The notes under the pieces are model-generated. The model was not told the origin of the DNA. It saw only the letters and a list, made by a program, of their open reading frames with translations, and made no database searches. Shown here one piece after another: positions 58,078 through 64,000 of a DNA stretch of 64,000 nt. The position numbers and the translations under genes were made by a program. The stretch's first letter is position 1. Every line of letters begins with the position of its first letter. This DNA is from the human T2T-CHM13v2.0 reference genome, Homo sapiens, in NCBI RefSeq assembly GCF_009914755.1, contig NC_060925.1; one strand, 5' to 3'.

Positions 58078-58968
58078 GGTGGGCTCTCACTATGTTGCCC
58101 AGGCTGGTCTTGAACTCTTGGGCTCAAACAATCCTCTCACCTCAGCCTCCCAACATGCTGGGATTACAGCCACTGCATCCAGTCAACTAAGGAGCTTCTA
58201 ATTCCTCACCCTAGAGTTAAGCAGACTTAGCCACCCTGTTTGAGTGCTTGGTGCTTTACTACCCAGCACTGAAGTGAGCAGACCTATGCTTCAGAGGTAG
58301 AGCCTGGCCCTGTAGGACTTAAGGCATGGAGGAACAGAAGAGAAGGTGTGTTGGCAAAAAGAACAGAAAGAAGGAACTCAGTGGAGCATGCCCAGTTCCT
58401 TCTCCCACACCCACCAGAGTGTTATTCTTCCTCCCATGGGAAACAGTAAGGGAGGGGACCAAGAGCAGCTAATATGTTACTCTGATGGACCTCCTGCCAC
58501 ATGGAAACTTGAAGCCAGAGCAAAGGAAGTTTGCCACCAATAGACACCTTGATGAAGAATGAAGCAAAGGAGAGGCCTGGCCAAGGAACCCAGACACAGC
58601 TTCTTGGCAAAGAAGATGACAACTGCTTGAATCAGAAAGCAGAACTAGGCTGGGTGTGGTGGCTCACATCTGTAATCCCAACATGTTGGGAGGCCAAGGG
58701 ATTGCTTGAGGCCAATAATTAAACATCAGCCTGGGCAGCATAGCAAGACCTCATCTCTACAAAAAATAAAAATATAGCTAGGTGTGGTAGTGCACAGCTG
58801 TAGTCCTATCTACTTGGGAGGCTGAGGTGGGAGGAGTGCTTGAGCCCAGGAGGTCAAGGCTGTAGAGTGAGCTATCATTATACCACTACACTCTACCCAA
58901 GAAGAACTTGACCTTGAAAAGGAAGTTTGCCTTCAGGAATAGTTCCAATACTGGTAATACTTAGACCC

Positions 58969-59324
58969 TGTATTAGTCAGTTCTCACACTGCTAATAAAG
59001 ACATACCCAAGGCTGGGTAATTTATAAAGGAAAGAGGTTTAATTGACTCACAGTTCCACATGGCTGAGGAGGCCTCACAATCATAGCAGAAGAGCAAGGG
59101 ACGTCTTACATGGTGGTAGGCAAGAGAGAGAACTTGTGCAGGGAAACTTCCCTTTATAAAACTATCAGATCTCGTGAGACTTATTCACTATCATGAGAAC
59201 AGCACAGGAAAGACCTGTCCCATCATTCAATTACCTCCCACCACGTCCTTCCCAAGACACATGGAAATTGTGGGAGCTACAATTCAAGATGACGTTTGGG
59301 TGGGGACACAGCCAAACCATATCA
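58969..59324 (-). mobile_element. THE1 solo LTR
   Basis: TGTATTAGTCAGTTCTCACACTGCTAATAAAGACATACCC...CAGCCAAACCATATCA with a perfect 5-bp TSD GACCC. Confidence 0.9.
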
Positions 59325-59885
59325 GACCCCTTTATAGGTAGGAAGACAGACTCTGAGAGTATTGCCTCCAGATCCAATCACCACAATTGACATCATCTCC
59401 CTTTGCCAAGAACACTCCACTCCCTGTCCAACCATGCCTCCCTTCGTGACTGGGGCAGACCAGGCTGTGCCCTAGTCAGGTGGAAATTAGCATCATGAAT
59501 TTCAAACCTGATTCTTTATATGTTTCCCCTCTGGTTATGTGGCAGATTGGGTTTTTCTGGTACCTCTACCTGGAAGGAGATGAGAGGGCAGATCTTTCAA
59601 CATAATAATTCCCCAAAGATCTACAAGAACCTATTCATATTATTAAGATGTAAGTATATCTCTTTAGCCTCAATCACAAAGGCTGAGATTGTGGTTGGAT
59701 GGAGCCAGAGACTCTGGAGGAGGGTCGAGGGGTAGAAAATGAAAGAGGGGCTGGGCAAGGTGGCTCATGCCTGTAATCCCAGCACTTTGGCAGGCCGAGG
59801 CGGGCAGATCACTTGAGCGTAGGAGTTTGAGACCAGCCTGAGCAACATGGCAAAACCCCATCTCTATAAAAAAATTAAGAAATTA

Positions 59886-60029
<144 letters not shown>

Positions 60030-60327
60030 TTACACTTGTAATCCCAGCACTTTGGGAGGCCAAGGTGGGAGGATTGGGCACCTGTAATCCCAGCTACTTG
60101 GGAGGCTGAGGCATGAGAATGACTTGAACCCGAGACGCAGAGGTTGCAGTGAACCGAGATTGCGCCATTGCTGTAATAAGATGGGAACCTTCCTGGGAGT
60201 GGAGGCTGCCTGTTTGCCTTTCTGGAGGTTGCTGGGAGTAAGGGCAGGGTTTTTCTTGAAGAGCCTAACCATCCTCAGTCACTGTTGACCTCTCTACTGC
60301 GTTCCTCTCTCCTCGTTGATTTCTGCC

Positions 60328-61370
<1,043 letters not shown>

Positions 61371-61889
61371 TAAAACTGATCTAATCTACTTAAGGCCCTC
61401 TGCTACTCAAGTCTTTGCTCATTCTCCATTGTCTATAAAACAAAATCCAAGATTCAAGAGTCTTAGGCAAGCTTGCAATTTATCTTCTGCTATGATTGTT
61501 CATACATCCTATACACTAAGACAAGCGCAGCCAAGCAAGTATGGAATGTTGGGTTAGAAGGAAAGAGGTTGGGGGTAAACTGAATAAATGGGCCAGTTTT
61601 GCAGGAAATTGGCGGAAAAGAGAAATAATTTGGTATTTCTAATATTTATTATGTCTTCCTAAAGGGAATGGTCAAGTGATTTATGGAACCACTACTTATG
61701 ATATGTTATAGACCCTTTAAAAAATTGCATTCACACTTCAAAAATAGGGTTATATGTGTACTAATAGAATCCATGGTATATTAATATAATACTTTATTAT
61801 TAAGACTTCTAAAAATCAAATTGGAAAAATATGGGAGTATAAAATGCTCAACATATTAATATAATGTTACAGTGAAAAAAGTAGAATAA

Positions 61890-62362
<473 letters not shown>

Positions 62363-62879
62363 TGAGGTTACAAGCATGACCCACCATGCCCAGCTATACT
62401 ATAATATAATTTCCACAAAGAGAACACAGACTACAATGTATTACAAAAACATATTAATATATGATGGGATTATAGAAGAGTTTTTATTCATTCTTAAATT
62501 TTTAAACATTTTTCTTCCTTTTTCTTTTCTTTATTTTTTTTTAAATTGAGATAGGGTCTTACTGTGCTGCCCAGGCTGGTCTCAAACTCCCGGGCTCAAG
62601 TGATCCTCCCACCTTGGCCTCCTAAAGTGCTGGGATTACCGGCATGAGCCACTGCATCCAGCCAATTTTTTGTATTTGTCAAATGTCCTACAATAATCCT
62701 ACTTTTATGATTAGAAAAGAGGAATAATGGTTACAAGGTTTATAATATGAGGAAATGCAATTTGTTATAATATTAAATTTAAAAGGCAGAAGACAAAATT
62801 ATGTAAAGTGATCTCAACGGTGTTAAATTTTTTTAAAGTGGGAAGGAAACATACCCAAATGTTAACAGAGAGAAAAAGA

Positions 62880-63190
62880 GAGGGTGAGAGAGAAATTCAT
62901 TATAAGAAATTGGCTCATACAATTATGGAGGCTGGCAAGTCCCAAATCTGCAATGTGGGCTGGCAGGCTGTAGACCTAGGAGAACTGGTGGTATAGTTTC
63001 AGTACAAAGGCAGTCTTCTGGAAAATTCCTCCTTGCTCACAGAGGCCAGAGTTTTTGTTCTATTCAGGCCTTCATCTAATTGGATGAGGCCCACTCACAT
63101 TATGGAAGGCCGCCTGCTTACTCAAAGATTTAAATGTTGATCTCATCCAAACACGCCCTCCAAGTTGACAGATAAAATTAACCATTACAG
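62880..63190 (-). mobile_element. MLT2 (ERVL) LTR fragment
   Basis: TTATAAGAAATTGGCTCATACAATTATGGAGGCTGGCAAGTCCCAAATCTGCA...AAGTTGACAGATAAAATTAACCATTACA. Confidence 0.75.
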
Positions 63191-63273
63191 ACAGCACCAC
63201 CAGTAAAGTATTCCTGCCAAAAATATAAATCTAGCTGAATCTCATTAATCTTGTCAATGTAATTATCAGATAA

Positions 63274-63387
<114 letters not shown>

Positions 63388-63414
63388 TAAGGTCAGGAGT
63401 TCAAGACCAGCCTA

Positions 63415-63740
<326 letters not shown>

Positions 63741-64000
63741 CTACAGAGACATTTATAAGAATATCAGAGAAATCTGAACACTAACTAGACATTAGTGGAT
63801 ATTAAGAATTTTTTCATATGTTAATGGTATCATAGTTTTATTTTTTATTTTTTAAAACAAAGGATCTTGTTTCTTTTTTTTTTCTTTTCTTTTTTTTTGA
63901 GAGGAGTCTTGCTCTGACTCACAGGCTGGAGTGCAGTTGTGCAGTCTCACTGACTGCAACCTCTGCTTCCTGGGTTCCAGCGATTCTCCTGCCTGAGCCT

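Overview
Human (primate) genomic DNA, very Alu-rich, containing the 5' end of CAPZB (F-actin capping protein beta subunit, 1p36.13) on the minus strand. A CpG island at ~25.8-27.6 kb holds the ubiquitous first exon, which codes only the initiator Met (GCCGCCACC-ATG|GTAAAG). It also holds the alternative first coding exon for the germ-cell beta3 isoform (MHPSRRSLPFPLNCQLARVGTADYGSPSDQ|GTGAGC). Positions 1-25.6 kb are intron 1; 27.6-64 kb is upstream intergenic DNA made of Alu, L1, L2, MIR, MaLR/ERV LTR and DNA-transposon relics plus a U4 snRNA pseudogene. No other protein-coding sequence is supported; nearly all listed ORFs are Alu- or GC-derived artefacts. I see no new gene system. The most notable unexplained structures are: (1) a cluster of short local templated duplications, including two fold-back inverted repeats at 53.4-55.0 kb and 60.4-61.4 kb; (2) a MER41B LTR with two intact GAS motifs that carries a human-specific AluYb8; (3) a U4 cDNA joined at its Sm site to an Alu tail; (4) an overlapping uORF on the beta3 start; (5) several dense TF-motif clusters. 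Repeat subfamily names are by-eye calls from remembered consensus sequences, and repeat boundaries are approximate.
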